A stretch of DNA of 64,000 bases, from the IMG/VR virus record IMGVR_UViG_3300048086_000013, positions 53-64,052 of that record; one strand, written 5' to 3'. Origin of the DNA: a virus (lineage: Duplodnaviria; Caudoviricetes). Positions 46,832-56,289 of this stretch are shown here, one piece after another. The position numbers were made by a program, and so were the translations under genes. Each line of letters begins with the position of its first letter. Positions within the stretch are counted from its first letter, which is position 1. The notes under the pieces are model-generated. The model was not told the origin of the DNA. It was given only the letters and a program-made list of their open reading frames with translations, and did no database searches.

Positions 46832-47503
46832 ATGAGTGAGTTTCAACCTACTACCGCCGTCATCATTGCGCGCGGTGGCTCTGCTCGATTGCCCAACAAG
46901 AACCTGCTGCCGTTCAATGGGCGCACGCTGGTTGCTCACAAAGTCTGGCAGCTTCGTCAGACAAAGCTGATTGACACCGTAGTAGTTGGGTCCGACAGCG
47001 ACGATATTCTCCGCGAGGCCGCATGTGAAGGAGCGATGACAATCAAGCGTGAGCCTGAGTTCTGCGACGAGAAGTCGCGCTCGTGGAACGAAGTGATTGT
47101 CAACATGGTTGAGCAAGTCGAAGGGCACGCCATCGTGTGGGCGCACTGCACCAACCCGTGCATCCGCCCTTCCACATATGATCGTGCAGTCCGGTGCTTC
47201 CAAGCGACTGATGGAGATTCCGTCGTTGGCGTCACGCCGTTTCGAAATCACATCTGGTGGAACGGGCGCCCGCTGAATTTCGACCCGTATAAATATCCGC
47301 ACGCAGTGGCGGCGCACCTGCCGCCTATCTACTTTCAGAACGGTGGTATCTTCATCGCTTCGCGCGAGCTGATGCTGCGCACGCACTACGTATACGGCCA
47401 GACACCCGAGATGTTCGTAATCTCGGAGGAAGAAGCCATCGACGTGGACACTCAAGAGGACCTCGACCGCGCAGTGGCTCTATATCCGCTGGTATCCCAG
47501 TAA
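46832..47503 (+). CDS. Acylneuraminate/Kdo-type cytidylyltransferase (NeuA/KdsB family)
   Basis: IIARGGSARLPNKNL, VGSDSD, R, CTNP, YFQNGGIF, IDVDT.EDL. Confidence 0.88.
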   Translation: MSEFQPTTAVIIARGGSARLPNKNLLPFNGRTLVAHKVWQLRQTKLIDTVVVGSDSDDILREAACEGAMTIKREPEFCDEKSRSWNEVIVNMVEQVEGHAIVWAHCTNPCIRPSTYDRAVRCFQATDGDSVVGVTPFRNHIWWNGRPLNFDPYKYPHAVAAHLPPIYFQNGGIFIASRELMLRTHYVYGQTPEMFVISEEEAIDVDTQEDLDRAVALYPLVSQ

Positions 47504-48216
47504 TGTATCCAAAGGTGTTAGGCGAAGTGGAGACGCTGGACCGGGTGCTCGCGGGAGAGTCCATCGCGCGCTATGGCGACGGGGAGCTGAAGCTGATGTT
47601 CGGGAAGGGCTGCGTCTCGCAGACGGCACTGCCGAATCTCGCTGCCGAAATGCGCAAGATCATCGGCGCTCCAACCAAGGTGCGGGTCTGCATTCCGACG
47701 CTGGATGTCCGCAACCCGAAGTATGCGAGCTGGCTGAAGCTAGCACCGAAGTTCGAAGGGTTGTTAGAGACTGGCAAGGTCTACGCCTCCGCGTTTATCA
47801 CCCGGCCCGACAACGCGCCGTGGATCAACAACAAGGAATTCTTCGACAAAATTCAGTCTCTGTGGGCTGGCCAGCGGGTGACGTTCGTCGGCAACGGGGT
47901 CCGCTCGTTGACGGCGGACTTCCTCCTGAGCACTGGTGCCAAACAGGTCGACTGGATCAAGAGCGAATATCGCGACGCTTATAAGACGATTGGTAGGCTC
48001 TACCAACAGTGCGTCGAGCTGGACAACCATCGAATCATCTTATGCGTCGGCCCTACGGCTACGTGCCTCGCCGAGCGCCTTGCAGTGGCCGGTCGCCACG
48101 CCATCGACTTGGGCCACATCGGCATGTTCTGGCGGGCCTACGAAATGGGCCGACACACGTTTATCGAGCAGCGAGAGATCAACAAAGAAACCAACATCGT
48201 GGAACCCAACCCATGA
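47503..48216 (+). CDS. GT-D fold (DUF1792-like) glycosyltransferase
   Basis: ETL..VL.GESIARYGDGEL, CVGPTA, IDLGH motifs. Confidence 0.8.
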   Translation: MYPKVLGEVETLDRVLAGESIARYGDGELKLMFGKGCVSQTALPNLAAEMRKIIGAPTKVRVCIPTLDVRNPKYASWLKLAPKFEGLLETGKVYASAFITRPDNAPWINNKEFFDKIQSLWAGQRVTFVGNGVRSLTADFLLSTGAKQVDWIKSEYRDAYKTIGRLYQQCVELDNHRIILCVGPTATCLAERLAVAGRHAIDLGHIGMFWRAYEMGRHTFIEQREINKETNIVEPNP

Positions 48217-48839
48217 CCTTAGAAGACATCCAGATTGAGTGGAACGACGAGTACCGCCTTTGGTGGCCTAACAACGAGGAGGCGCACGTCTACAAGACGA
48301 TGCTCATGCGCGTGACCGACATCGACACGCTGGTGAAGTACACCCGTACGCTGGGAGTTTGCGTGCAGGCGGGCGGCTTCATCGGCATGTGGCCTGCGCG
48401 CCTCGCGAAGTTCTTCGAGCGCGTTTATACGTTCGAGCCGATCCCGCATCTTTACGAATGCGTGCGGCGGAACACCAATCACCTTCCCAGCGTTCGTGTC
48501 TACAACAACTTGTTAGGCAATGCGATGGGAGATGTGAAGCTCCATGCCAAGCGCAATGGATGCACCGCCGTGCATCCGAACGGGGAGATCACGGCCAAGG
48601 CCATCACCATCGACTCGCTCGCGCTGATCCGCTGCGATGCTATCTACTTGGACGTGGAGCAGTATGAGTTGGATGTACTGGACGGCGCACGCAATACCAT
48701 CGTGTTCTTCCAGCCGACCGTGATGCTTGAGATCAAGGGGCCTGACACCAGCGCCAAGTACGACGAGTTTATGCGCCTGAACTTTCGATATAAGAAGGCA
48801 TTCCAGATTCACAGCGACCGCATCTACGTGCCCGAATGA
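48213..48839 (+). CDS. FkbM-family SAM methyltransferase
   Basis: VQAGGFIG, VYTFEP, TIDSL, IYLDVEQYELDVLDGA..TI..FQP.VMLE. Confidence 0.85.
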   Translation: MTLEDIQIEWNDEYRLWWPNNEEAHVYKTMLMRVTDIDTLVKYTRTLGVCVQAGGFIGMWPARLAKFFERVYTFEPIPHLYECVRRNTNHLPSVRVYNNLLGNAMGDVKLHAKRNGCTAVHPNGEITAKAITIDSLALIRCDAIYLDVEQYELDVLDGARNTIVFFQPTVMLEIKGPDTSAKYDEFMRLNFRYKKAFQIHSDRIYVPE

Positions 48840-49114
48840 AAGTCGTCGACTTATATCCGCCGAAGATCACGGAGACCAGCGTGCGCCCGCGCTGCTCGGC
48901 GACGCTCTCGTGGTACTGCGTGAACCGGAACCGGGAGTGGGCAGCGCGGCAAGGCGGCGTCCCGCGCCGGATGAAAGAGCAGCTCGCAGCGGGGCATCCG
49001 ATTGAGAAGTGCGCTTGCTACGCGCGCTATAAGATCAACGGCGAGTACTTCTGTCGGAAGCACGGCGCGCTCAAGGCGCTGGACCTCGTGATGGCGGAAG
49101 AAGTTAAAAAATGA
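48836..49114 (+). CDS. Small Cys-rich hypothetical protein
   Basis: RCSA...C..C.CYA....YFCRKH; coupled ORF. Confidence 0.55.
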   Translation: MKVVDLYPPKITETSVRPRCSATLSWYCVNRNREWAARQGGVPRRMKEQLAAGHPIEKCACYARYKINGEYFCRKHGALKALDLVMAEEVKK

Positions 49115-49701
49115 TCATCGAGCCACATCACTTTGAATACCTCGTCATCCAGCACGGAAGCGTCTCTGACGCGCGCCACGATTTTGCGAAGTGGCAGGCG
49201 GCATATGAGGCGTCTCTGGCTGGTATTTTTGCCGCCATTGCTCCTGTGCTTCCTGCTGCTTGTAGTAGCGTGCTTGATATTGGGAGCGGCCTTGGTGGCA
49301 TCGATGTTCTTGTCGCGCGCCATTATTCGCACCAACCTAGAGTAGTGTTGTTAGACGGCATCGACGACGAGCCAGTGGTGAAGAACTCATTCAATACCTT
49401 CAGCAATGCGCGCGTTGCGCTGGATTTTCAGAACAAGAACGGGCCTCACAAGGTTTCAGTAGTGCACGCAGTTCCGGACTTCAAGTTCGACCTGATTCAC
49501 TCGTACTTTGCGTACGGGTTCCACATCCATCCGGGCAACTACCTCGCGGATGTTAAGCGCGCGTGCCACGACAAGACGGTCATGATTTTTGATGTTAGGC
49601 GCCAGAAGAGGGAATGGCTGCGGGAGTTCGTCGAAGCGTTCGGCGCTCCAAAGGTTCTACACACGGCTGAGAAATACGTGAGGCTCGCATTCAATGTTTG
49701 A
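49111..49701 (+). CDS. Class I SAM-dependent methyltransferase
   Basis: SVLDIGSGLGGID motif I, VLLD, FDLIHS. Confidence 0.8.
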   Translation: MIIEPHHFEYLVIQHGSVSDARHDFAKWQAAYEASLAGIFAAIAPVLPAACSSVLDIGSGLGGIDVLVARHYSHQPRVVLLDGIDDEPVVKNSFNTFSNARVALDFQNKNGPHKVSVVHAVPDFKFDLIHSYFAYGFHIHPGNYLADVKRACHDKTVMIFDVRRQKREWLREFVEAFGAPKVLHTAEKYVRLAFNV

Positions 49702-50299
49702 CGACGTAATCTTGTTAGCTAGCGGCCCGTCCATCAGGAGCTACAACCTACGGGATTTGGAGTACCACGGGCACTTGATCTCGATCAGTGCTTCGGCTCT
49801 ATACACGAAGCCCAAGGTGGCTTTTTCCATGGATCGCCGCGCTGCTGAGATGTGCTACCCATTGTGGCTTATCCAAGGCGTGCCGGAAATCTGGCTGCGC
49901 GAAGGGACAACTCAGAACCTTCTTGTTGGGGCTAACACTACGCTGTACAAACACGATGGTGACTCGCCAACGATGATGACGTTCGCCCACGGACTGCTCA
50001 ACGGGTCGAACTCTGGCACGTGCGCATTCAACCTCGCGCTCCAGCGCGCCAAGAAACGCATCTTCATGCTCGGCTACGATATGTGCCGGATGGGGCAGGT
50101 CCCGTACTGGCACCCGCCGTATCCATGGAATGCGATTGGGGCATCGAAGGACGGGAACCTTCGCGCGTGGGCGGCGGAGTACGAGGAAATTGCGCAGCAG
50201 GTGAAGAAGAAAGGCATCGAGGTCTTCAACGTGAATCATCGTTCGGCGCTCGAAGTGTTCCCCAAGATTACCTACGACGAATTTTTGCGGATGACCTGA
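49694..50299 (+). CDS. Maf/MptE-like (DUF115-related) putative sugar transferase
   Basis: VILLASGPSI, NSG..A.NLA....K.I.MLGYD, H, VFNV pattern. Confidence 0.6.
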   Translation: MFDDVILLASGPSIRSYNLRDLEYHGHLISISASALYTKPKVAFSMDRRAAEMCYPLWLIQGVPEIWLREGTTQNLLVGANTTLYKHDGDSPTMMTFAHGLLNGSNSGTCAFNLALQRAKKRIFMLGYDMCRMGQVPYWHPPYPWNAIGASKDGNLRAWAAEYEEIAQQVKKKGIEVFNVNHRSALEVFPKITYDEFLRMT

Positions 50300-51042
50300 T
50301 GGAAAAGCTGCGCCTCATTTATCCGTACTTCGACAACCCCGGCATGTTGAAAATGCAGGTCGACAACTGGAGCCGTTTCGATGGCGAGCTGCGCGACGCG
50401 ATCAGGATCATCGTAGTCGACGATCACTCGGCTGTTAGCCCGGTGCCGATCCTAGAGAAGTGCAAGGCTCCTGTGCGTTGCTACCGGCTTCAGACGCGCT
50501 GGCCGTGGAACATGCACCAGTGCAGGAACATCGGCGCCAAGAACGCTTGCAAGAATGAAGAGAATTTCTGGTTGTTCATGTCCGACATCGACATCATGCT
50601 CACGCCCGAGATGGCGTTCACGATGTTAGACCACAAGCTCGATCCCGGCAGGCACTACACGATGGAGCGCACGTTCGCTCCTAACTTCACGGAGAGAAAA
50701 ACACATGTCAATACCTTCCTCGTCAAACACAGCGCTTTCTGGCAGGTTGGTGGGTATGACCTTGACCTCACTCCTATTGGTGGCGGCGGTTACGGTGGCG
50801 ACAATCAATTTCGGCGGCAACTTGCCGCTATCGTCCCGGTTGATCATTTGGGGGATGTCGTGCTTGTTGGTTATGGTCGCCGCAGTCGTGAGGGCGCTCC
50901 TGTGGTCAAGGACGCCGACACGTCCAGTCTCGACCGAGCAGAATGGCACGCGCGGTATGTAAAGGCTCTTGCACGCAAGAAAAAGACCGGCGACATGCGT
51001 TCCATCGCTCCGATTCGAACTGCTTACACGAGAACTCTATGA
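50299..51042 (+). CDS. GT-A fold glycosyltransferase (GT2/GT7-like)
   Basis: IIVVDDHS, RNIGAK, MSDIDI (DxD), FWQVGGYD, YGGD. Confidence 0.8.
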   Translation: MEKLRLIYPYFDNPGMLKMQVDNWSRFDGELRDAIRIIVVDDHSAVSPVPILEKCKAPVRCYRLQTRWPWNMHQCRNIGAKNACKNEENFWLFMSDIDIMLTPEMAFTMLDHKLDPGRHYTMERTFAPNFTERKTHVNTFLVKHSAFWQVGGYDLDLTPIGGGGYGGDNQFRRQLAAIVPVDHLGDVVLVGYGRRSREGAPVVKDADTSSLDRAEWHARYVKALARKKKTGDMRSIAPIRTAYTRTL

Positions 51043-51755
51043 TGCAGATTGTTTGCTGGCTCTGGCGTCCCGAGCTGGCGTATCGTTCTCAATTCGGCGT
51101 AGAGCACGTCAATACGCTGCGCAGGATGATCGCGCGGCACTACCCGCATCCGCATAGATTCAACTGCATCACGGATCAGACTGAAGGCTTCGACCCCGAG
51201 GTCCGCGTGATCCCGCTGTGGTCCGATCACGGCAAGAGGGAGTCGATCTACGGCCCCGGCACGCCGTCCTGTTACCGCCGCCTGCGGGCATTCTCCAGCG
51301 AGATGAAAGAGTTGTTAGGCCCGCGTTTCATCTCCATCGACCTCGACGTGGTTATCTGCGGCGATGTCACGCCGGTTTTCCATCGTAAGGAAGAGTTCAT
51401 CATCTGGGGCGCGACCGCTCGTCGCACGCCGTACAACGGTTCACTGTGGATGATGAACGCTGGCGCCCGCGAGAAGGTTTGGACCCGCTTCGACGAGAAT
51501 CCTGAGAAGGCGGTTGTTAGGGCTCGCGGCGCTGGCTTCTATGGCAGCGATCAGGCATGGATGTGCTACGCGCTTGGCCCCAACGAGGCAAAGTGGACCG
51601 AGATGGACGGCGTATACTCATATCGAATGCACGTGAAGCCGAAGGCCGGAGCCATGCCCAAGGACGCGCGTATCGTGTTCTTCGAAGGGCACTACGATCC
51701 GTGGAATCCTGCAACCCAGACGACCGCGCCGTGGATCAAAGACTTCTACAAATAA
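51039..51755 (+). CDS. GT-A fold glycosyltransferase
   Basis: IVCWLW..HVNTL..MI.RH..F.CITD, ISIDLDVVI (DxD), YNGS, GSDQAW, IVFF.G..DPW. Confidence 0.8.
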   Translation: MMQIVCWLWRPELAYRSQFGVEHVNTLRRMIARHYPHPHRFNCITDQTEGFDPEVRVIPLWSDHGKRESIYGPGTPSCYRRLRAFSSEMKELLGPRFISIDLDVVICGDVTPVFHRKEEFIIWGATARRTPYNGSLWMMNAGAREKVWTRFDENPEKAVVRARGAGFYGSDQAWMCYALGPNEAKWTEMDGVYSYRMHVKPKAGAMPKDARIVFFEGHYDPWNPATQTTAPWIKDFYK

Positions 51756-51757
51756 GC

Positions 51758-52000
51758 CCGTGGAAGGGTAAGAATCCTGCCGTTACTCTTGGCGGCATGC
51801 TCACGCCCGAGCTGTGGTCGAAGTCGATCATGGACGTGATGATGAAAGAGATGAGCATTGCATCGGAGATCAACAATGATTATCGGCAAGGTGTGGACCG
51901 GCTCAAATCCGCAACCGAAATACTACGACGAGCTGAACGAGACGCCGTTACGTTCGGGTCAGCTTGGACGCGTATTCGGCTTCGAAATCCTAGAAGTTAG
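51758..52000 (+). pseudogene. Degenerate fragments resembling this phage's own major capsid protein, in two frames
   Basis: W.GKNP..TLGGMLTPELWS...N.DY vs capsid W.GN..SNP..AGGFIPEIWS...NTDY; ETPLRSGQLGRVFGF vs capsid TSILRNGRLGMIDRF. Confidence 0.55.
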
Positions 52001-53400
52001 GTCCAGCCAGCCGCATTTGGCTGCGGACGCCGTGTTCGGGGGCGTGAATCCGACATCACGCGAGCCGTGTAACTACCCGTAGCCCCGAGACACGCATACT
52101 GCAAGCAGTCTGCTAGGTCGCTCCACGGGTGATCTTTCACCGGCTGATCTTCCAAGTCGCCAGCTTTCTTACGCTTGTACTTGTACATCGACTTCATCGT
52201 CTTCACGAGCTGCGGGCAGCGTCCGCCGTCGATCAGCAACGCTGGCCCGCCATCCACCTGTCGCATCAGCATCTGCTCGACCGCACGGATGCGCGGATCG
52301 AGATCGTTCGTCGGTGCCGCGTAGGTGTTAAATCCGAGGCGGCGCAGCACATCGAACGGAGAGTCTTCGTTCGACTGCGACTTCTGCTTGCCCGCAGGGT
52401 CGCCGATGATGAAGGACGATAGACCAGTGAATTCGTTGAGCAGACACGGGCGCGACTGCGTGACCGAGAATTGCTCGATGCCCATGTCGATGCCCGTCAG
52501 CTCCTTCATCACGAGCAGACGACCGCGAACGTCCATTTGCGTGATCAGCGAAGCAGGCGTGCGGCCGAAATCCTGCGCGACCATCAGCGGCAGGTTGGGG
52601 ATCGCCTTCAGCATGTTGTATGTGACGTGGAAGTCGGGACGGAAGCTCGAACGGAAGACGGCTTCGCCTGACAAGCTCTTGCCGTATTTGCCGTGTACGT
52701 GGATGTTCACCCAGTCCGGCGTGTTGTTGCGCGCCAGCTTTTCGTAGTAGTCGGGCTTGAGGAACTGGCGGTTTTCAGCGTTGGGTTCGAGGCCACCGGG
52801 CTGCTTGAAAACAGCCCAATCGGGTGGCGTCTCGATCTCCATGGCGTTGTACCACTCGGAGTCTTCGTCGGGCGGGTTCGACTCGGCGATGAGCCCGCTC
52901 CACGAATTCATCTGCACGCCGAGTGGCACGAAGCGTCCGCAGCGGCCTAACACGGCTTGCACGATGGCGATGGGGACCTCGCGGAACTCGGAAATCCACG
53001 CGCCAGTAATGTTGAGCGACAGCAGGCGCTGCTGATCTTCTGGTTTGTCGAGCGGGATCATCAGCCAGTCGGACTTCACGCGCGTGCCATCGCTGAGGCT
53101 GAAATCAAATTGAAGAGTGCTGTCCGTGACTTTGTAGCCGAACGCTGGCTGGAGCCATTTGCGGATGTCTTCGAGTACGGTTTGGCGGAGCTGCTGAGCT
53201 GTGTTGCGTACGACGACGAAGCGGGTCTGGCGCAAGCCGTGAGCATTCGGGTGCTCCATCGTCGCGCGGCGGATCAGCTCCATGATGCAGCCAGTGGTCT
53301 TGCCCGATCCGTACGGACCCATCAGCAGGCGCACGTCGCGCGTGTCCTGCATGAAGCGGGAGATGGTTGGCGCCGCGTTGTAGTTGATCGGGTTACTCAT
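51997..53400 (-). CDS. terL: Terminase large subunit
   Basis: GPYGSGKT Walker A, WISEFRE Walker B-like, ESNPP, QDFGRTPA, GDPAG and H..S..DCLQY nuclease motifs. Confidence 0.9.
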   Translation of the reverse strand: MSNPINYNAAPTISRFMQDTRDVRLLMGPYGSGKTTGCIMELIRRATMEHPNAHGLRQTRFVVVRNTAQQLRQTVLEDIRKWLQPAFGYKVTDSTLQFDFSLSDGTRVKSDWLMIPLDKPEDQQRLLSLNITGAWISEFREVPIAIVQAVLGRCGRFVPLGVQMNSWSGLIAESNPPDEDSEWYNAMEIETPPDWAVFKQPGGLEPNAENRQFLKPDYYEKLARNNTPDWVNIHVHGKYGKSLSGEAVFRSSFRPDFHVTYNMLKAIPNLPLMVAQDFGRTPASLITQMDVRGRLLVMKELTGIDMGIEQFSVTQSRPCLLNEFTGLSSFIIGDPAGKQKSQSNEDSPFDVLRRLGFNTYAAPTNDLDPRIRAVEQMLMRQVDGGPALLIDGGRCPQLVKTMKSMYKYKRKKAGDLEDQPVKDHPWSDLADCLQYACLGATGSYTARVMSDSRPRTRRPQPNAAGWT

Positions 53401-53908
53401 CGACGGGAGCTGCGAGGCTCTTTCCGTCGATGACGAGTTTCTCTGCGCCGCCGCCGAGATTGATGTTCAGTACAAAGCCGCCGCCAGCAGGAACTACGCC
53501 GCCTTCGCCGGACTTCGCCGTACGGCCAGCGAGCTGGGCTAACAACTTCCCGGCGTCGATCTTCGCCTGCGCGGGGGTGTCGTTGCTGTGGATCATCGTG
53601 TCGTACGCCGGGATGGCGTCCTCGATCACGATGTCGGCTTTCATCTGGATGCGGGCGCCAGCGTTGGTGTCACCGCGCATTTTGGTGACGGCCTCAGCGA
53701 GCATGCCGCGAAAGACCGGGGAGCGTTTGAGGGTATCCCATTGAGCGTCGCTGATGGAGTAACGCTCGCGGATCGCCGCGCCGTCTGACAATCCTGCTGC
53801 CAGCTCAGCGGCGATATGCGCATTGAGTGAGGAGAGATCGAGACTGGCGTCGGTGCCGGGAATCGTGACCTGCGTCGATGAAGTCTTCGGGGCAACCCGA
53901 GCGTTCAT
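53393..53908 (-). CDS. terS: Putative terminase small subunit
   Basis: Helical 171 aa directly upstream of terL; C-terminal FVLNINLGG. Confidence 0.65.
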   Translation of the reverse strand: MNARVAPKTSSTQVTIPGTDASLDLSSLNAHIAAELAAGLSDGAAIRERYSISDAQWDTLKRSPVFRGMLAEAVTKMRGDTNAGARIQMKADIVIEDAIPAYDTMIHSNDTPAQAKIDAGKLLAQLAGRTAKSGEGGVVPAGGGFVLNINLGGGAEKLVIDGKSLAAPVDE

Positions 53909-53987
53909 TTGGCAATCCTGTTGTGAGAATTTGACTACGGCTTCATTTTTATAGTAAATCGCTCCCAGAAATCAAGGAGTTCTGCCT

Positions 53988-56117
53988 GTGGCCCTACCTG
54001 CGAGCCCGGTTCCGACCCGCCAGTCTCTCTTGCGTGTCGTACCCAACGCCGATCTGATGACCAATGAGCAGCAGGAAGCCAACGCCGCCGATGCAGTGAA
54101 AAACCCCGTAGAAGATGCGGTCACAAGCGAACTAGCAGGCCACGTTCGCACGCGCATGACCGAGATGCGCAACTTTCGAAACACCGAAGGAATCGCCGAA
54201 AGGCTCATTGCCGCGCTTCGCACGTACAAGGGTCAGTACGATCCGACGAAGCTCGCCGAGATCAAGCAGTTCGGTGGCAGCGAGGTCTACGCTCGTATCA
54301 CGAGTACCAAAGCGCGCGGCGCCACTGCCCTCCTTCGTGATGTGTATCTCGGCGCGGATCGTCCGTGGGACATCGACCCAACACCTGTTCCCAAAGTCCC
54401 CGAGGACATTGATCAGTCGATTCAGGAGTTGGTGAAGGTCGAGGTCGCGACGCTCCAGCAAGCTGGCCAGCCAATCGATCCGCAAATGGTCTCCGACCGC
54501 GTGGCCATGCTTCGCAAGAGCGCCGAGCGGGCAGCGAAGAAGCAGGCCGAGGAAGAAGCAGACCGCGCCGGGATGCAGCTCGATGACTTGTTAGAAGAGG
54601 GCGGCTTCTATGACGCCTTCGCCGAATTCCTGATCGACCTGCCTATCTTTCCATTCGCGTGCATCAAAGGCCCCGTCGTTCGTCGTGAGCCACAATTGAA
54701 GTGGGTGAACGGCCAAGCGCAGATGCAGCAGGTCCCGAAGATGTTCTGGTACCGCGTCTCGCCGTTCGACCTGTATTGGTCACCGGGCGCTGCCAACGTC
54801 CATCAATCCGAGTTCGTCGAGCGCATCCGCCTCACGCGCAGCGACTTGTTAGCTGTGAAGGGGCTGCCGGGATACAACACCGAAGCCATCGACGCGGTGC
54901 TCAGCCGCTACCACGACATCGGCTTCCGTGAATGGTGGGACGTGACGGACGCCGAGCGCGCCCGCCTCGAAGACCGTGAGCAGTGGGCTCGCACCACGTC
55001 CGGGCTGATCGACACCGCCGAATACCACGGCAGCGTGTCAGGGCAGACCTTGCTCGATTGGGGCATGGACCCGGCAGAGATTCCCGACGCGCTGATGGAA
55101 TACAACGTGCAGGCGTGGCTGATCGACCGCTTCATCATCAAGGCGCAGATCAACCCGTCGCCGCGCCAGCGCGCTCCGTTCTATATCTCGAACTTCGAAA
55201 AAATTCCCGGCACGATGGCTGGCTACGGCCTGCACGATCTCCTCGAAGACATTCAATCGGTCGGCAATGCGGCCGTGCGCTCGCTGGTGAATAACCTGTC
55301 GATCTCTTCAGGTCCGCAGGTCGTGATCAACGATCAGGTGCTTCAGCCCGGTGAGAGCGACACGCTGTATCCGTGGAAGCGCTGGCATGTGTCGTTCGAT
55401 CCGATGATCACCGGCACGTCGAAGCCAGTGGACTTCTTCCAGCCGAACTCCAACTCGCAAGAGCTGTTAGGGGTGTACGAAAAGTTCTTGATGATGGCCG
55501 ATGACGTATCAGCGATTCCCCGCTATATGACTGGCAACGAGAAGGTCGGCGGCGCGGGACGCACGGCATCTGGCCTTGCGATGCTGATGGGCAACGCGGC
55601 CAAGACCCTTCAGAACGTGGCTGCCAGCATCGACCGCGATATCTACAAGCCGATGCTCGAAACGCTCTACGACATGATCATGCTGACCATGCCGGGAATG
55701 TTCCGTGGCGATGAGTCGATCAACGTGAAGGGCGTGAACTACGCGGTGAAGCGCGAGCAGGATCGCATGCGCCAGCTCGAATTCCTCCAGCTCACCGGCA
55801 ACCCCATCGACATGAGCATCATCGGCGTGGAAGGCCGCGCGAATGTGATCCGCTCCGTCGCTGGCAATCTCGGGCTCGATCACGAGAAGGTTGTGCCAGA
55901 CGATGACGAGCTGCGCGCCCAGCAAATGGCTCAGCAGCAAGCCGCAGCCCAGCAGCAGGGCGATCCGAACGCGCAGCAGGGGAGCAACGGACAGGGGCCG
56001 AACGGCAACCAGCCGAAGCCCAAGCCCCAACGCGCGGGTCCCGAGGCTGCGCGCGAGCAGGTGGAAGGCCAGCAGAACAACAACGCCACGGGGAGCGTTG
56101 GCATGCGTGCCGGTTAA
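53988..56117 (+). CDS. Portal protein
   Basis: 709 aa; VSPFD.Y..P, YG..D...D.Q...N...R..V.N...SSGPQ pattern; Gln-rich tail; first gene of the head block. Confidence 0.85.
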   Translation: MALPASPVPTRQSLLRVVPNADLMTNEQQEANAADAVKNPVEDAVTSELAGHVRTRMTEMRNFRNTEGIAERLIAALRTYKGQYDPTKLAEIKQFGGSEVYARITSTKARGATALLRDVYLGADRPWDIDPTPVPKVPEDIDQSIQELVKVEVATLQQAGQPIDPQMVSDRVAMLRKSAERAAKKQAEEEADRAGMQLDDLLEEGGFYDAFAEFLIDLPIFPFACIKGPVVRREPQLKWVNGQAQMQQVPKMFWYRVSPFDLYWSPGAANVHQSEFVERIRLTRSDLLAVKGLPGYNTEAIDAVLSRYHDIGFREWWDVTDAERARLEDREQWARTTSGLIDTAEYHGSVSGQTLLDWGMDPAEIPDALMEYNVQAWLIDRFIIKAQINPSPRQRAPFYISNFEKIPGTMAGYGLHDLLEDIQSVGNAAVRSLVNNLSISSGPQVVINDQVLQPGESDTLYPWKRWHVSFDPMITGTSKPVDFFQPNSNSQELLGVYEKFLMMADDVSAIPRYMTGNEKVGGAGRTASGLAMLMGNAAKTLQNVAASIDRDIYKPMLETLYDMIMLTMPGMFRGDESINVKGVNYAVKREQDRMRQLEFLQLTGNPIDMSIIGVEGRANVIRSVAGNLGLDHEKVVPDDDELRAQQMAQQQAAAQQQGDPNAQQGSNGQGPNGNQPKPKPQRAGPEAAREQVEGQQNNNATGSVGMRAG

Positions 56118-56289
56118 GTTAGGCCCTCGCGCGAAGCGGATCGCTGAGCGGGAGCTTCGAGGCGAGCTTGAGAATGAGTACACGGCAAAAATCCGTGAGC
56201 AGTTCAAGCAGTCAGGGATCAAGAATGCGCGGGCAGCGCTCGGATGGATGCAGCGGCGACCACTCGCCAAAGCCGTAGGAGAGAAGTGA
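56107..56289 (+). CDS. 60-aa basic hypothetical protein
   Basis: GTG start overlapping the portal end; stop coupled to the next ATG. Confidence 0.45.
   Translation: MPVKLGPRAKRIAERELRGELENEYTAKIREQFKQSGIKNARAALGWMQRRPLAKAVGEK

Noticed and set aside
46832-51755. T4-style or 7-deazaguanine DNA hypermodification pathway
   Set aside because: No dCMP/dUMP hydroxymethylase, kinase, DpdA, FolE or Que genes were recognised; DNA is not excluded as substrate but is not supported
53909-53987. Exact divergent sigma70 promoters between terS and portal
   Set aside because: TTGACT and TATAGT are present but only 13 bp apart; promoter activity is likely but positions cannot be assigned
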